A stretch of 64,000 nucleotides of DNA, from assembly GCA_050258935.1 (NCBI GenBank), contig JBLMZS010000076.1, positions 70,259 to 134,258 on the forward strand, in the 5' to 3' direction. The notes below the pieces were generated by a model. That model did not search any database and was not told the DNA's origin. It saw only the letters and a program-made list of their open reading frames with translations. The stretch comes from Bacteroidota bacterium. Its GTDB lineage: Bacteria > Bacteroidota > Ignavibacteria > Ignavibacteriales > SURF-24. Each line of letters begins with the position of its first letter. Positions within the stretch are counted from its first letter, which is position 1. Position numbers and translations under genes: made by a program. Shown here piece by piece: positions 9,629-19,121 of this stretch.

Positions 9629-10141
9629 TCAGTAAATTTTACAGACGAGGTATTCCGCGAGCTGATAGGTGAACTTTTCCCATTGTTTCATCGGTGAATC
9701 CCATTGCCTGTCCTGAGCGCGCCTTATGAATACCAGCTGCGAAAAATGATAATGATAATGCTGGCTGATATGCATTACTATTTCGCCCAGTGTATGATTC
9801 CCGTTTTCAGACTCAGTATGAAATTCGTGCAGCAGTTCAGGATCACTCCCCAGATTGTCGAGTATGGCAAGTATGAATGAGTTTATATTGTTGAATGTAT
9901 GTCGCAGTTTGTCTATCGAAGAACCCGCCTCCGGTGCATCTATATTCATATTATATCCGGTCACTTTCAGGAAATTCAGATCAACGCGTATCAGATGAGC
10001 AGTAATTTCGAGTATTGAGCGTGACTGCGGCGCAACCCTCCAGTGAGTTTGTTCTTCCGTAATACCGTCAATGGCTTTGAGTATCAGTTCCGACGAAGAA
10101 CTGAATATAGTCCTTGCCATTTCTATCCGGGCCTTTGACAT
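9629..10141 (-). CDS. DinB-like (DinB_2 four-helix-bundle) family protein
   Basis: 170 aa. HWRVAPQSRSILEITAHL... near the N-terminus and HISQHYHYHFSQLVFIRRA near the C-terminus resemble the His-triad pattern of the DinB superfamily. Confidence 0.5.
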   Translation of the reverse strand: MSKARIEMARTIFSSSSELILKAIDGITEEQTHWRVAPQSRSILEITAHLIRVDLNFLKVTGYNMNIDAPEAGSSIDKLRHTFNNINSFILAILDNLGSDPELLHEFHTESENGNHTLGEIVMHISQHYHYHFSQLVFIRRAQDRQWDSPMKQWEKFTYQLAEYLVCKIY

Positions 10142-10372
10142 AAAGTTACCTCATCATATGCTTAATAATAATTTATTCATTTTTTACTCAAAGGCAATTG
10201 CCGGCTGTGGGGTATTTAATAACCCTGAATACATAAATCAGTGCATACTCAATTTATCCACATATTTTTGCTTATGACTTTTATTGACAGGATATCTGAT
10301 CTCTTTTATATTTTTAATAGGGACTATGACTGTTAGGATGGCACTATGTATTACACTTATAATGGAGTATTT

Positions 10373-11683
10373 ATGAGAAAGACAATATTATTTATATGTA
10401 TACTGCTGTTTACTACAAGTATCGCAGCGCACGACTGGTTTGAACAGACTTCGGGAACTACAAAGGATCTTACGACTGTATCGGTTGTAACTGACAGTGT
10501 GGCGTGGATAGGGGGAAAAGAGGGCACGGTACTCAGAACCACTGATCAGGGCCGAAGCTGGATCAGCAAAGGCGGAGGGCCGGAACTGGGCAGTCTGGAT
10601 ATAGTGAATATATGGGCTATTGATGCCGACAGAGCTATCGTTACCGCCTCTCAGGTTATGAATAACGGTACTACGGCATACGTGTTCAGAACTGCAGACG
10701 GAGGGCAGAACTGGACGAAGGTACTTACACTCGAAGGCGGATATGGAAACGGCATCTATATGTTCGATGCCAACAGAGGTATCTTCTACAGCAATCCGGT
10801 TGGCGGGAAGTGGCCTGTCTGGCTTACCTCGGACGGTGGACAGACATGGGATACGACAGGAGTCAGAATACCGGTACCGGATCAGGACGAAAAAAGCTTC
10901 GCTAATGCAATATGCGGCAACCCGGGTGCACGTATCGCGGTTTTCGGGACAAACAGGTCTAAAATCTATATATCAAATGACTACGGAAAAAACTGGACTG
11001 CAAAGTCCACACCCGGACTTGTAAATTCGAAGTCTGTCTGCATCAAATACGGCCGGATGATGGCCGGAGGAGAGGCTCTGATCAGTACGATGAATGAGGG
11101 TGATTCATGGACTGAGGTATCCTATCCCGGACTGGGTGAAATACTCGGCATGGGTGTACACGATAACTGGAACTGGTGGTTCGTATCGAAAGGCGGCAGC
11201 AACAATAGCGGAAATAAGATCATCCATACGGCAAACTTCGGGAATGGATTCTGGGATACCGCCTACACCGCACCCGGCAACTCCGCATACCTTGCCATGA
11301 GTACCGGACGAGATGACAGGCTGTGGATATGGGCTGTGCGCGAAGGAGGAGGCATAACTGTCGGTGAACATCACCACGGCGAACCGACGGATGTATCGGG
11401 CAACGACGGACTTACTCCCGGAGAGTTTTCGCTTGGGCAGAACTATCCAAATCCTTTCAATCCGTCTACCAAGATAAAATACTCTCTGCCGGCGGAGGGT
11501 AACATAGAACTGAAAGTATTTGACCTGCTGGGTCGTGAGATGATAACACTTGATTCAGGACAGAAAAGTGCAGGCGAACATACGCTTACCTTTAATGCCG
11601 CGGGACTTGCGAGCGGAACGTATATATACACTCTCCGGGCAGGCGGTCAGGTTATGGCCAAAAAAATGCTTCTCGTGAAGTAA
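10373..11683 (+). CDS. Secreted BNR/Ycf48-like beta-propeller protein with T9SS C-terminal sorting domain
   Basis: Start is trimmed to MRKTILFICILLFTTSIAAHD (signal peptide). Repeated SxDxGxxW-type motifs are present: TDQGRSW, ADGGQNWTK, SDGGQTWDT, NDYGKNWT, NEGDSWTE. The C-terminus reads LGQNYPNPFNPSTKIKYSLP...GTYIYTLRAGGQVMAKKMLLVK. Confidence 0.8.
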   Translation: MRKTILFICILLFTTSIAAHDWFEQTSGTTKDLTTVSVVTDSVAWIGGKEGTVLRTTDQGRSWISKGGGPELGSLDIVNIWAIDADRAIVTASQVMNNGTTAYVFRTADGGQNWTKVLTLEGGYGNGIYMFDANRGIFYSNPVGGKWPVWLTSDGGQTWDTTGVRIPVPDQDEKSFANAICGNPGARIAVFGTNRSKIYISNDYGKNWTAKSTPGLVNSKSVCIKYGRMMAGGEALISTMNEGDSWTEVSYPGLGEILGMGVHDNWNWWFVSKGGSNNSGNKIIHTANFGNGFWDTAYTAPGNSAYLAMSTGRDDRLWIWAVREGGGITVGEHHHGEPTDVSGNDGLTPGEFSLGQNYPNPFNPSTKIKYSLPAEGNIELKVFDLLGREMITLDSGQKSAGEHTLTFNAAGLASGTYIYTLRAGGQVMAKKMLLVK

Positions 11684-11814
11684 TGACTGCATTATTGTTG
11701 AAGCAGATACAGCTCAATACTCATTCGATTATCTGCAGGATCGCGGACTGAAAAATGTCTGAGATCCTGCTTCTCTGCATTCAAAAGATACCTGTACGAA
11801 AAATTTCTGACCGG

Positions 11815-12135
11815 TTAATATCTGTTTCTGTTGCCGCTGCTGAAACTTTTGTTGAAGCTGTTGGGACGCGCAGGCCTGTTACCGCGCACATTGTTTCTGG
11901 GACGGGCTTCGTTTACGACGATTTTCTTGCCTTTTATGCTGGTTGTATTCAGCTGATTGATCGCTTCCTGACTTTGCTGAACACCGTTCATTTCGACGAA
12001 AGCAAAGCCTTTTGACTCGCCGGAAAAAATATCGCGGATGATCTTTATACTCTTCACACCGCCATAATTTGAAAATGCTCTCTCTAAATCCTGCTCTGTT
12101 ACATCCTTCGAAAGATTACCTACATAAATGTTCAT
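11815..12135 (-). CDS. RNA-binding protein, single RRM domain
   Basis: 106 aa. RNP2 is IYVGNL and RNP1 is KGFAFVEM. The C-terminal tail is basic and Asn/Arg-rich. Confidence 0.9.
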   Translation of the reverse strand: MNIYVGNLSKDVTEQDLERAFSNYGGVKSIKIIRDIFSGESKGFAFVEMNGVQQSQEAINQLNTTSIKGKKIVVNEARPRNNVRGNRPARPNSFNKSFSSGNRNRY

Positions 12136-12381
12136 AATTCCGGATCCTTAAATATTGTGAAAAAAAAGACAGTAAAAATTAAAAGTGCAGCAGGAAAAAT
12201 TGTGGAGGGACCTGGTTAATTTTAATCTTCTCATATCAGTATCCAATATAAAATAAAAATACTTAGAATCAATTTTTTTAATTCATATATTTGTAAAGAA
12301 ATAATTCACCCGAACGCAGACCTGCCGGTTCTGTCCGGGAAATTGCACAATCCCACAAAATTATTACCGGAAATAGCAGAT

Positions 12382-14214
12382 ATGAAAATTAGTGTACTTT
12401 TATTACTGGTGTTCTTATTCAGCTTTAATATCCATGCACAGATAAAATTCGATGCGAATTTTGAAAGTGGAAACATGAGCAGGGTTACCACTGCCGACTC
12501 TGTCAATTACAGTGTAACTACCCGCGAAGATATTGGCGGCAGGTGGTTCTATTTCAGAATGACGGGTGTGAAGGACAGACGTGTGAAAGTGACGATAACA
12601 AACAGCGACGTACACAGACCTTTTTATTCTTATGACAACAGCACTTTCTACCGTTTCAGCATGCTTGAGAGTCAGAAGGAGAACTATTTCGACAAGACAT
12701 TCGAAGAGGATACGGTATATGTTTCCTACTACGTCCCGTATAATTACAGTTTTCTGCAGAAAAGACTTAAAGAGTGGTGCAGCGATAAAGATGTGACACT
12801 CGATACGCTGGGTTTCACAAACCACTCACTGCCCGTACAGATGATGACAATTACCGACAGATCGGTCGACAATAAAAATAAAAAAGCCGTATGGATTCAT
12901 GCCCGCACACATCCGAGTGAAACTCCGGGTTCATGGCACCTCGATGGCATCGTCAATGAACTGCTGAGCGGAAGCGAACTGGTGAAGTTTTACAAGAAGA
13001 ATATTGTATTCTACATTGTCCCTTTTACAAATCCGGACGGTGTGGCCTATGGAAGATCCAGAACCAACTATGACGGGGTCGACGTCGAATCGAACTGGAA
13101 TGGAGATGACGTCTCCACAACTAAGGAAGTGAAAATACTGAAACAGAAAATGCAGCAGCTGAACACAGAAAATGTATTCTCGGTTTTCCTCAATATACAT
13201 TCTCAGGCCAGCCCCTACTGTACTTTCTGGATACACACAGCGGCATCCACTACGCAGGAATTTTACCAGAAGCAGTACCAGTTTGCAAATCTCAATATTT
13301 CGGGCAATCCGTATTTTGTGCGCAACGATTTTGAAGAGTCCTCTATCAAACCGGTGTTCCCTGAAGGCTGGCTGTATAATGCCCACGGAGAAAAAGTTCT
13401 GGCCCTTACATATGAAACTCCGTATGACCGCTATTCAACGAATATTTGGGTGACTAATGAAAATCTGCATGAACTGGGAGTAATGACTGTACATGCAATT
13501 GCTGAGTTCCTGGGACTTTCTCATCCGCAGAAACTCCTGCTCGACAACAGCCAGATTGCTGCATCAGGCGATGTCAGAAAAGATTCTTCGGGACTTGAAT
13601 TCTATGGCAACGATTTTCTGGTGCTGAATAAGGGTGCTAAGAACAGCGTGACATACGTGTCTGAAGAACTTCCTGCAGGCATTTACGATGTGGAAGCCTG
13701 GTGGCCTTCCAGTGCTGCCTACTCTTCTCATGCGAAGTACAGCATTGAATATGGAAACTCAAGTGCGGTGGTTGAAAAAAATCAGCAGGGCTACGGCGGC
13801 AGGTGGAACCAGCTGTCTCAGATAGAAATGACAAAAGGCGGGACTATCGCCATCAGGCTGGATAACAACGAACTGGCACCTGTGGCGGCAGATGCATTCC
13901 GCATTGTCTACAAGGGACAAACATCCGGTACTGAAACTCCGGAACTGCCGGCAGGATTTGCACTGTTCCAGAACTACCCCAATCCCTTTAATCCCGAGAC
14001 AACTATCAGGTACAGCCTTCAGAAAGAATCACATGTAACACTGGTGGTATATGATATTATAGGCAGAGAGGTAATAAGGCTTAAAGATGAATTTCAGTCT
14101 GCCGGTACCCATGAAGTTAGATTCAACGCATCAGAATATTCAAGCGGAGTCTATATCTGCCGCCTGACTTCAGATAACATTTCGTTATCGAAGAAAATGA
14201 TGTTGGTAAAATAA
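12382..14214 (+). CDS. Secreted M14-family zinc carboxypeptidase with T9SS C-terminal sorting domain
   Basis: Start is trimmed to MKISVLLLLVFLFSFNIHAQ (signal peptide). The HxxE zinc motif sits in WIHARTHPSE, the second zinc His in LNIHSQ, and a candidate catalytic Glu in LTYETPY. The C-terminus reads FQNYPNPFNPETTIRYSL...GVYICRLTSDNISLSKKMMLVK. Confidence 0.8.
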   Translation: MKISVLLLLVFLFSFNIHAQIKFDANFESGNMSRVTTADSVNYSVTTREDIGGRWFYFRMTGVKDRRVKVTITNSDVHRPFYSYDNSTFYRFSMLESQKENYFDKTFEEDTVYVSYYVPYNYSFLQKRLKEWCSDKDVTLDTLGFTNHSLPVQMMTITDRSVDNKNKKAVWIHARTHPSETPGSWHLDGIVNELLSGSELVKFYKKNIVFYIVPFTNPDGVAYGRSRTNYDGVDVESNWNGDDVSTTKEVKILKQKMQQLNTENVFSVFLNIHSQASPYCTFWIHTAASTTQEFYQKQYQFANLNISGNPYFVRNDFEESSIKPVFPEGWLYNAHGEKVLALTYETPYDRYSTNIWVTNENLHELGVMTVHAIAEFLGLSHPQKLLLDNSQIAASGDVRKDSSGLEFYGNDFLVLNKGAKNSVTYVSEELPAGIYDVEAWWPSSAAYSSHAKYSIEYGNSSAVVEKNQQGYGGRWNQLSQIEMTKGGTIAIRLDNNELAPVAADAFRIVYKGQTSGTETPELPAGFALFQNYPNPFNPETTIRYSLQKESHVTLVVYDIIGREVIRLKDEFQSAGTHEVRFNASEYSSGVYICRLTSDNISLSKKMMLVK

Positions 14215-14229
14215 ATCGCGGACCTGACT

Positions 14230-15591
14230 ATGCAGAAAGGCAATATACTGATCATCGATGACGAGGAATCTCTCAGGAGCCTGCTCAGACAGCTGCTGGA
14301 ACTGGAAGACTATAAGGTCTGGCCGGCCCGGGATGCTGCCGGAGGAATGGACATACTGGCAAAGGAGGAGATACACGTCGTAATCACCGATGTCAGACTT
14401 CCGGATGCCGACGGTATCGAACTGACTGGCAGAATAAAAAAACAGTATCCCGCCTGCGAGGTTATTGTACTGACCGCCTATGGTACGATTGAAGACGGCG
14501 TACAGGCAATGAAGAACAGTGCCTTTGACTATATTACCAAGGGCGATGAGGACAATAAAATACTGCCCCTGCTGGAAAAAGCGGTCGAGAAGGTACGCAT
14601 GAAACAGAGAATTGCACGCCTTGAAAACCAGATATCCGGCCGTTACAGTTTTGATAATATACAGGGCAACTCTCCGCTGATCAGGGAAACCGTTGAGCTG
14701 GCGCAGAAAGTTGCTGAGACCAGCGTACCCGTTCTGCTGCAGGGCGAGACTGGTACAGGCAAGGAAATTTTCGCACAGTCAATCCACTATTCCGGACCGC
14801 GCGCCGACGAACCGTTTATTGCCGTCAACTGCAGCGCATTTGCGAAGGAACTCCTTGAAAGCGAAATGTTCGGATACAAGGCCGGTGCTTTTACCGGTGC
14901 CGTCAGAAATAAAAAGGGACTGTTTGAGGAGGCCAGCAACGGCACACTTTTCCTGGATGAAATTGGTGAAATGGATATTTCACTGCAGGCAAAACTGCTG
15001 CGGGTAATAGAAACAAACACTTTTATTAAGCAGGGCGATACCAGGGAAACCAGAACAGACGTACGGATTATTGCTGCGACCAACCGCGACCTTGAGGAGG
15101 AGATCAGAAAGGGGAATTTCAGAAAGGATCTGTATTACCGCATCAGCGTTATGAAAATAGTCCTGCCGCCGCTCAGGCAGCGCAAGGAAGATATTCCGCT
15201 GCTGGCCGAGCATGTCATAAAAGAATATACCGCAAAACTTAAGCGCAACATAACAGGGGTTTCGACCGAATTCATTGACCGTCTCTATAGCTATAACTAT
15301 CCTGGCAATATCAGGGAACTGAAAAATATTATAGAAAGAGCCATAATACTGGCGGGAAATAATACACTGACCGAAAAACACCTGCCGAAGGATTTCCTGG
15401 CTGAGGAACTCTCAGGCTCACAGACTGCAGAGGATAACAATATGGAGGTCTATCTGCTCGAAGACGTTGAAAAGCAGCACATACTCCATATACTCGGACT
15501 GGTAAACGGCAATAAATCCAGGGCGGCTGAAATGATGGGTATCGGACTGACTACACTTTACCGCAAACTCCAGTCCTACGGAATAGAGTAA
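14230..15591 (+). CDS. Sigma54-dependent response regulator (REC + AAA+ sigma54-interaction domain + Fis-type HTH; NtrC family)
   Basis: 453 aa. REC domain (ILIIDDEESL...DVRLPDADG). Walker A is GETGTGKE. ESEMFGYKAGAFTGA carries the GAFTGA sigma54-contact loop. The C-terminal HTH is NKSRAAEMMGIGLTTLYRKL. It starts 15 nt after the M14 gene stop. Confidence 0.92.
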   Translation: MQKGNILIIDDEESLRSLLRQLLELEDYKVWPARDAAGGMDILAKEEIHVVITDVRLPDADGIELTGRIKKQYPACEVIVLTAYGTIEDGVQAMKNSAFDYITKGDEDNKILPLLEKAVEKVRMKQRIARLENQISGRYSFDNIQGNSPLIRETVELAQKVAETSVPVLLQGETGTGKEIFAQSIHYSGPRADEPFIAVNCSAFAKELLESEMFGYKAGAFTGAVRNKKGLFEEASNGTLFLDEIGEMDISLQAKLLRVIETNTFIKQGDTRETRTDVRIIAATNRDLEEEIRKGNFRKDLYYRISVMKIVLPPLRQRKEDIPLLAEHVIKEYTAKLKRNITGVSTEFIDRLYSYNYPGNIRELKNIIERAIILAGNNTLTEKHLPKDFLAEELSGSQTAEDNNMEVYLLEDVEKQHILHILGLVNGNKSRAAEMMGIGLTTLYRKLQSYGIE

Positions 15592-15805
15592 AAATAACCC
15601 ATGATCGTTTTTGCTGACTGAATTTTTATCTGCCATCTGTTTGTCAATCATTCCTGCCTTTGGCTTTTTCATTTTGGAAAATTTCCTTCCATAATGAAAA
15701 ACCTTTAGTACGGTCGTTACCCTTTTCTCCAGCTTTTCCGGCAGATTTCCGCGTCTTTCCTGCTGGCATTATATTAGATCATGTATAAAGCTCCTTAGGT
15801 ATAAC

Positions 15806-17254
15806 ATGAATAAACTCAAAACAAAAATATATATAGCTCTTGTATTCCTGGCGCTTATAATAATCTCGCTGGGAATTTTTGGATCGCTATTTATCGGACA
15901 GCTGGCAGACGACTCCAGGGCAATTCTGCAGGATAACTATAAATCTGTGGAATTTGTTTCAGCCATGCTGAGTCCGGTCGATTCTATCTATGAACTGTAT
16001 ATAAGTAAATACCAGACAGATAAAAGTATTCCTGATGAGGATATCCGAAACCGGTATATGGCTGCACTGGATGATTTTGACAGACACCTGTTTGCCGAAA
16101 AAAATAATATTACCGAATCCGGCGAAAAACATCTTACAGAAAAGCTCAGCTCCTCATTCCGGGATTACCGAAACCTTACTGCGTGTTTATCCGGAAGCAA
16201 TACACCGGCGCCCGGCCTGGGAATACTCAACAACAGGCGCAATGAGCTGCGCAATATACTCGGAGAAATACAGGAACTGAACATGCAGGCAATACGCCAT
16301 AAGAACAAGCTTGCAGAGAGTACTGCTGCCCGTGTTTCACTGTATATGTTACTTCTGTCTGCGACGGGCACGCTGTTTGCCCTGGCCCTTATAATCTATT
16401 TCCCCGGCTATCTGCTGAGCCCGCTGTACGATCTGATGAACAGAATGAAGGAAATAGCTCAGGGCAAAGCAGATAAAAAACTGATGGTGAATTCAAGAGA
16501 TGAAATCGGCGAACTGGCCAATGCATTTAACACGAATATAACTGAATATCAGGAGCGCAATACTGCCAAGACCTTCCTGCTCGCTACTGTGTCGCACGAA
16601 CTGAAGACTCCTATCTCATCTATCAACCTGAGCCTGAAGCTGCTGGAAAATGCAAAGCTGGGTACCTTAAGCGAGGAGCAGAAGAGAGTGGTGGAATCTG
16701 TCAGACAGCAGACGCGCAGACTTTCCAAGATGGTAAACGAACTGCTGGATTATTCTCAGGCTGAAACGGGAAATATTAAACTCAGGATGAGCAGCAATCA
16801 TCCTTCCGATATAATGGATTATGCTGCAACAGCGCTCATGGTCCAGCTGGCAGAAAAAAACATACAACTGGAAATCAACATGCACGAGGGTCTGCCGGAT
16901 GTGTATGTGGATATAGAAAAAACCGTGTGGGTATTGACTAATCTGATTACCAACGCTGAAAGATATACACACGAGAACGGGACGATCACGATAGAAGTTT
17001 CCGCTGAAGAAGATTTTGTCGTTTTTTCGGTTCACGACAACGGACCTGGAATACCGGCAGAAGAACACGGGAATATATTCAACAAATTTGTACAGGTTGG
17101 CGACTCAAATTCAAAGGGCAGAGGACTTGGACTTGCAATATCCAGGGAATTTGTGCTTGCGCAGGGCGGCAATATCTGGGTAAAAAGCCAGCTGGGAACG
17201 GGCAGTACTTTCTTCTTTAGACTCCCGGCTGTCAGAGGAAATAATAACGGCTGA
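15806..17254 (+). CDS. Sensor histidine kinase (2 TM, periplasmic helical sensor, HAMP, HisKA, HATPase_c)
   Basis: 482 aa. The H-box is ATVSHELKTPISSI. The N-box is LTNLITNAERYT, the G1 box is HDNGPGI and the G2 box is GRGLGLAISR. Confidence 0.9.
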   Translation: MNKLKTKIYIALVFLALIIISLGIFGSLFIGQLADDSRAILQDNYKSVEFVSAMLSPVDSIYELYISKYQTDKSIPDEDIRNRYMAALDDFDRHLFAEKNNITESGEKHLTEKLSSSFRDYRNLTACLSGSNTPAPGLGILNNRRNELRNILGEIQELNMQAIRHKNKLAESTAARVSLYMLLLSATGTLFALALIIYFPGYLLSPLYDLMNRMKEIAQGKADKKLMVNSRDEIGELANAFNTNITEYQERNTAKTFLLATVSHELKTPISSINLSLKLLENAKLGTLSEEQKRVVESVRQQTRRLSKMVNELLDYSQAETGNIKLRMSSNHPSDIMDYAATALMVQLAEKNIQLEINMHEGLPDVYVDIEKTVWVLTNLITNAERYTHENGTITIEVSAEEDFVVFSVHDNGPGIPAEEHGNIFNKFVQVGDSNSKGRGLGLAISREFVLAQGGNIWVKSQLGTGSTFFFRLPAVRGNNNG

Positions 17255-17256
17255 AA

Positions 17257-19116
17257 ATGGAAACAACTGCATTTATAATAATTAACTTACTGCTGGTAAT
17301 ATTGTTCGCCAGACTGGTAATGAAGAAGGATTATCTTACCTATCTCTATAACGGCAAGTGGTGGCTTACCTGGCTGGCTGTCGGCATAATTACTCTGATG
17401 GATGAACTGACCTCGATCTACTACGCACCGTTCGAGGCATTCAGATTCATCGGACTGAAGGCAATAATGTATATTGCCCTGACATCTGTTCTTATCAGGT
17501 TTCTTTCAACAAGGATGGTCGAGATTTCTGAGATACTCGAGGCCAATAACATAAAGGGCGGAGGAGTATATTCGTTTTCCTATCTGGTGCTGGGTCCGAG
17601 TTTTTCATTTATCGCAATTTCCTCTATCATTGTTGACTACGTACTGACCGCCACAATTTCTACTGTAAGTGCGGTTGAGAACGGCACGACATTTCTTGCC
17701 ATGGGTCCGGAGATAAAATTCTTCCTGAAGTTCGGAGTCATCTGGCTGATCACGTTCCTGAATATTTCGGGTATAAAGGAGAGTGCAAGATTTACTTTCT
17801 ACATATTTGTATTTGCATCCTTTGTGCTGATAAACCTTCTTATTGGCGGGACAGCGAGCCTGAACACTGTGACCTTTTCAAAACTCGGCGAGAGTTTCCA
17901 TTCGTTCTTAGGTGACTTTACACATTCTTCTCTGCTCGGAGGATATGAAAACATAATAATCGGCATAGGAAGCTGTATACTGGCTTACTCCGGAATTGAG
18001 TCGGTGCTCCAGACTGCATCGCTTACGAAGAACTGGAAACAGATACGGAAAGCCTATCTGTTCCTTGCCGTTACAGTCGGAATTGTCACTCCGCTTATCG
18101 CCCTGCTTGCTTTATCATCAAATATTGACCTGTCTAAACATGAAACAGATCTCATACCGGCATTTGCAAGCGCGGTAAACGGGCCATGGTTTGGCGTTAT
18201 GGTGAGCATACTGGCGAGTATAACTCTCATCATGGCAGTCAACACTGCAATGGTTGCATCCGGAGAGCTGATTGAAAAAGTTGCCGAGCGTTACAATTTT
18301 GAATGGCTGATAAAGCAGAATAAGAAACAGTCGTTGTACCGAATTCATATAATCAACGGAATATTCTATACTTCAATACTCCTTATAACAAACGGCAGTC
18401 AGGCAATTCTGGCAGAAATGTATGCTGTCGGTCTGGTCGCAAGTTTCTGCATAAATACCGGATCACTGCTTATCTACCGGTATTCAAAAGGCACAAAAGA
18501 AATTACGTATCACACTTCCAGAACCGGCACGGCAATATTGTTCATAATACTGCTCAGTACCTTCATTTATATAATTGTACACAGACCGTTCGGCACACTG
18601 CTGTGGTTCATTATTACCGTAGTATTCCTGATCGCAGGACTTAAAATAGCAAAGCACAGGGCTCCGGAAATAGTCGTCAGAAGAGCCACACAGAATGCAA
18701 TGGATATTGTATTTGCAATGCTGGAGTCGCCTGGAAATACAGTACACCTGTATTTCAGGAGGCCCTCTGAAACTGAATCTGCAGAAGAAAAGCCTGGCAG
18801 CTTTTATGTCAGTTTCTACAGCCCAAGAAAGGATACGCCGCAGCCGGTAAACTCGAGTCATTTCTGGATAACCATACAGAAACGGATGAACCTGTTTGAC
18901 ATGGTATTTGCACTGCTGAAGACTGTGGAATATGAGGTCACGTCGCTGAAGGAAGTTCACGTACACATCGGCTGGCCGCTGTCTTCGTGGTTTGACAGAA
19001 TGTCAGTAGGTGTGATGATATTTAACATTATCCACCTTCCCAGGAAGTTTCCGCGCTTTTCATTCCATCTGGATTATAAAGCGTCTGCAGAAGAAGTCTG
19101 CAATGCGGGGAGCTGA
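17257..19116 (+). CDS. APC-superfamily permease with a ~150-aa cytoplasmic C-terminal domain (KimA-like architecture; substrate unknown)
   Basis: 619 aa with about 12 hydrophobic segments. The segment GGGVYSFSYLVLGPSFSFIAISSIIVDYVLTATISTVSA resembles the GGGAY...VDYILTVAVSISA region I recall from APC/KimA-type transporters. The soluble tail spans 18660-19116. The ATG lies 2 nt after the kinase stop codon. Confidence 0.65.
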   Translation: METTAFIIINLLLVILFARLVMKKDYLTYLYNGKWWLTWLAVGIITLMDELTSIYYAPFEAFRFIGLKAIMYIALTSVLIRFLSTRMVEISEILEANNIKGGGVYSFSYLVLGPSFSFIAISSIIVDYVLTATISTVSAVENGTTFLAMGPEIKFFLKFGVIWLITFLNISGIKESARFTFYIFVFASFVLINLLIGGTASLNTVTFSKLGESFHSFLGDFTHSSLLGGYENIIIGIGSCILAYSGIESVLQTASLTKNWKQIRKAYLFLAVTVGIVTPLIALLALSSNIDLSKHETDLIPAFASAVNGPWFGVMVSILASITLIMAVNTAMVASGELIEKVAERYNFEWLIKQNKKQSLYRIHIINGIFYTSILLITNGSQAILAEMYAVGLVASFCINTGSLLIYRYSKGTKEITYHTSRTGTAILFIILLSTFIYIIVHRPFGTLLWFIITVVFLIAGLKIAKHRAPEIVVRRATQNAMDIVFAMLESPGNTVHLYFRRPSETESAEEKPGSFYVSFYSPRKDTPQPVNSSHFWITIQKRMNLFDMVFALLKTVEYEVTSLKEVHVHIGWPLSSWFDRMSVGVMIFNIIHLPRKFPRFSFHLDYKASAEEVCNAGS

Positions 19117-19121
19117 AGTAT

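Noticed and set aside
10263-10270. Bacteroidota-type -7 promoter boxes (TAnnTTTG): TATTTTTG at 10263-10270 upstream of the BNR gene and TATATTTG at 12286-12293 upstream of the M14 gene.
   Set aside because: The octamers match the consensus, but I could not find the accompanying -33 TTTG at the right spacing. Such AT-rich octamers are expected by chance in these AT-rich spacers, so I do not report them as features.
11735-11770. Weaker hairpins considered as terminators.
- 11735-11770: 8-bp stem, 20-nt loop.
- 9588-9614: 7-bp stem, 13-nt loop.
- 29838-29872: bulged stem.
- 59977-60016: 9-bp stem, 22-nt loop.
- 53141-53178: AT-rich 8-bp stem.
   Set aside because: They have large loops, bulges or AT-rich stems and no adjacent U-tract. 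They are plausible but not strong enough to annotate without free-energy calculation or 3'-end mapping.
12332-12347. A possible sigma54 promoter, TGTCCG-GGAAA-TTGCA, about 35 nt upstream of the M14 carboxypeptidase start. TGGCAT-containing sites also occur at about 15765 (upstream of the kinase) and 41041.
   Set aside because: - The 12332 site has the -12 TTGCA but lacks the essential -24 GG (it reads TGTC instead of TGGC).
- The 15765 site has TGGCAT but no GC at the correct 10-nt spacing.
- The 41041 site has GC displaced by 2 nt and is on the wrong strand for the flanking genes.

None is convincing without a position-weight-matrix score or transcription-start data.
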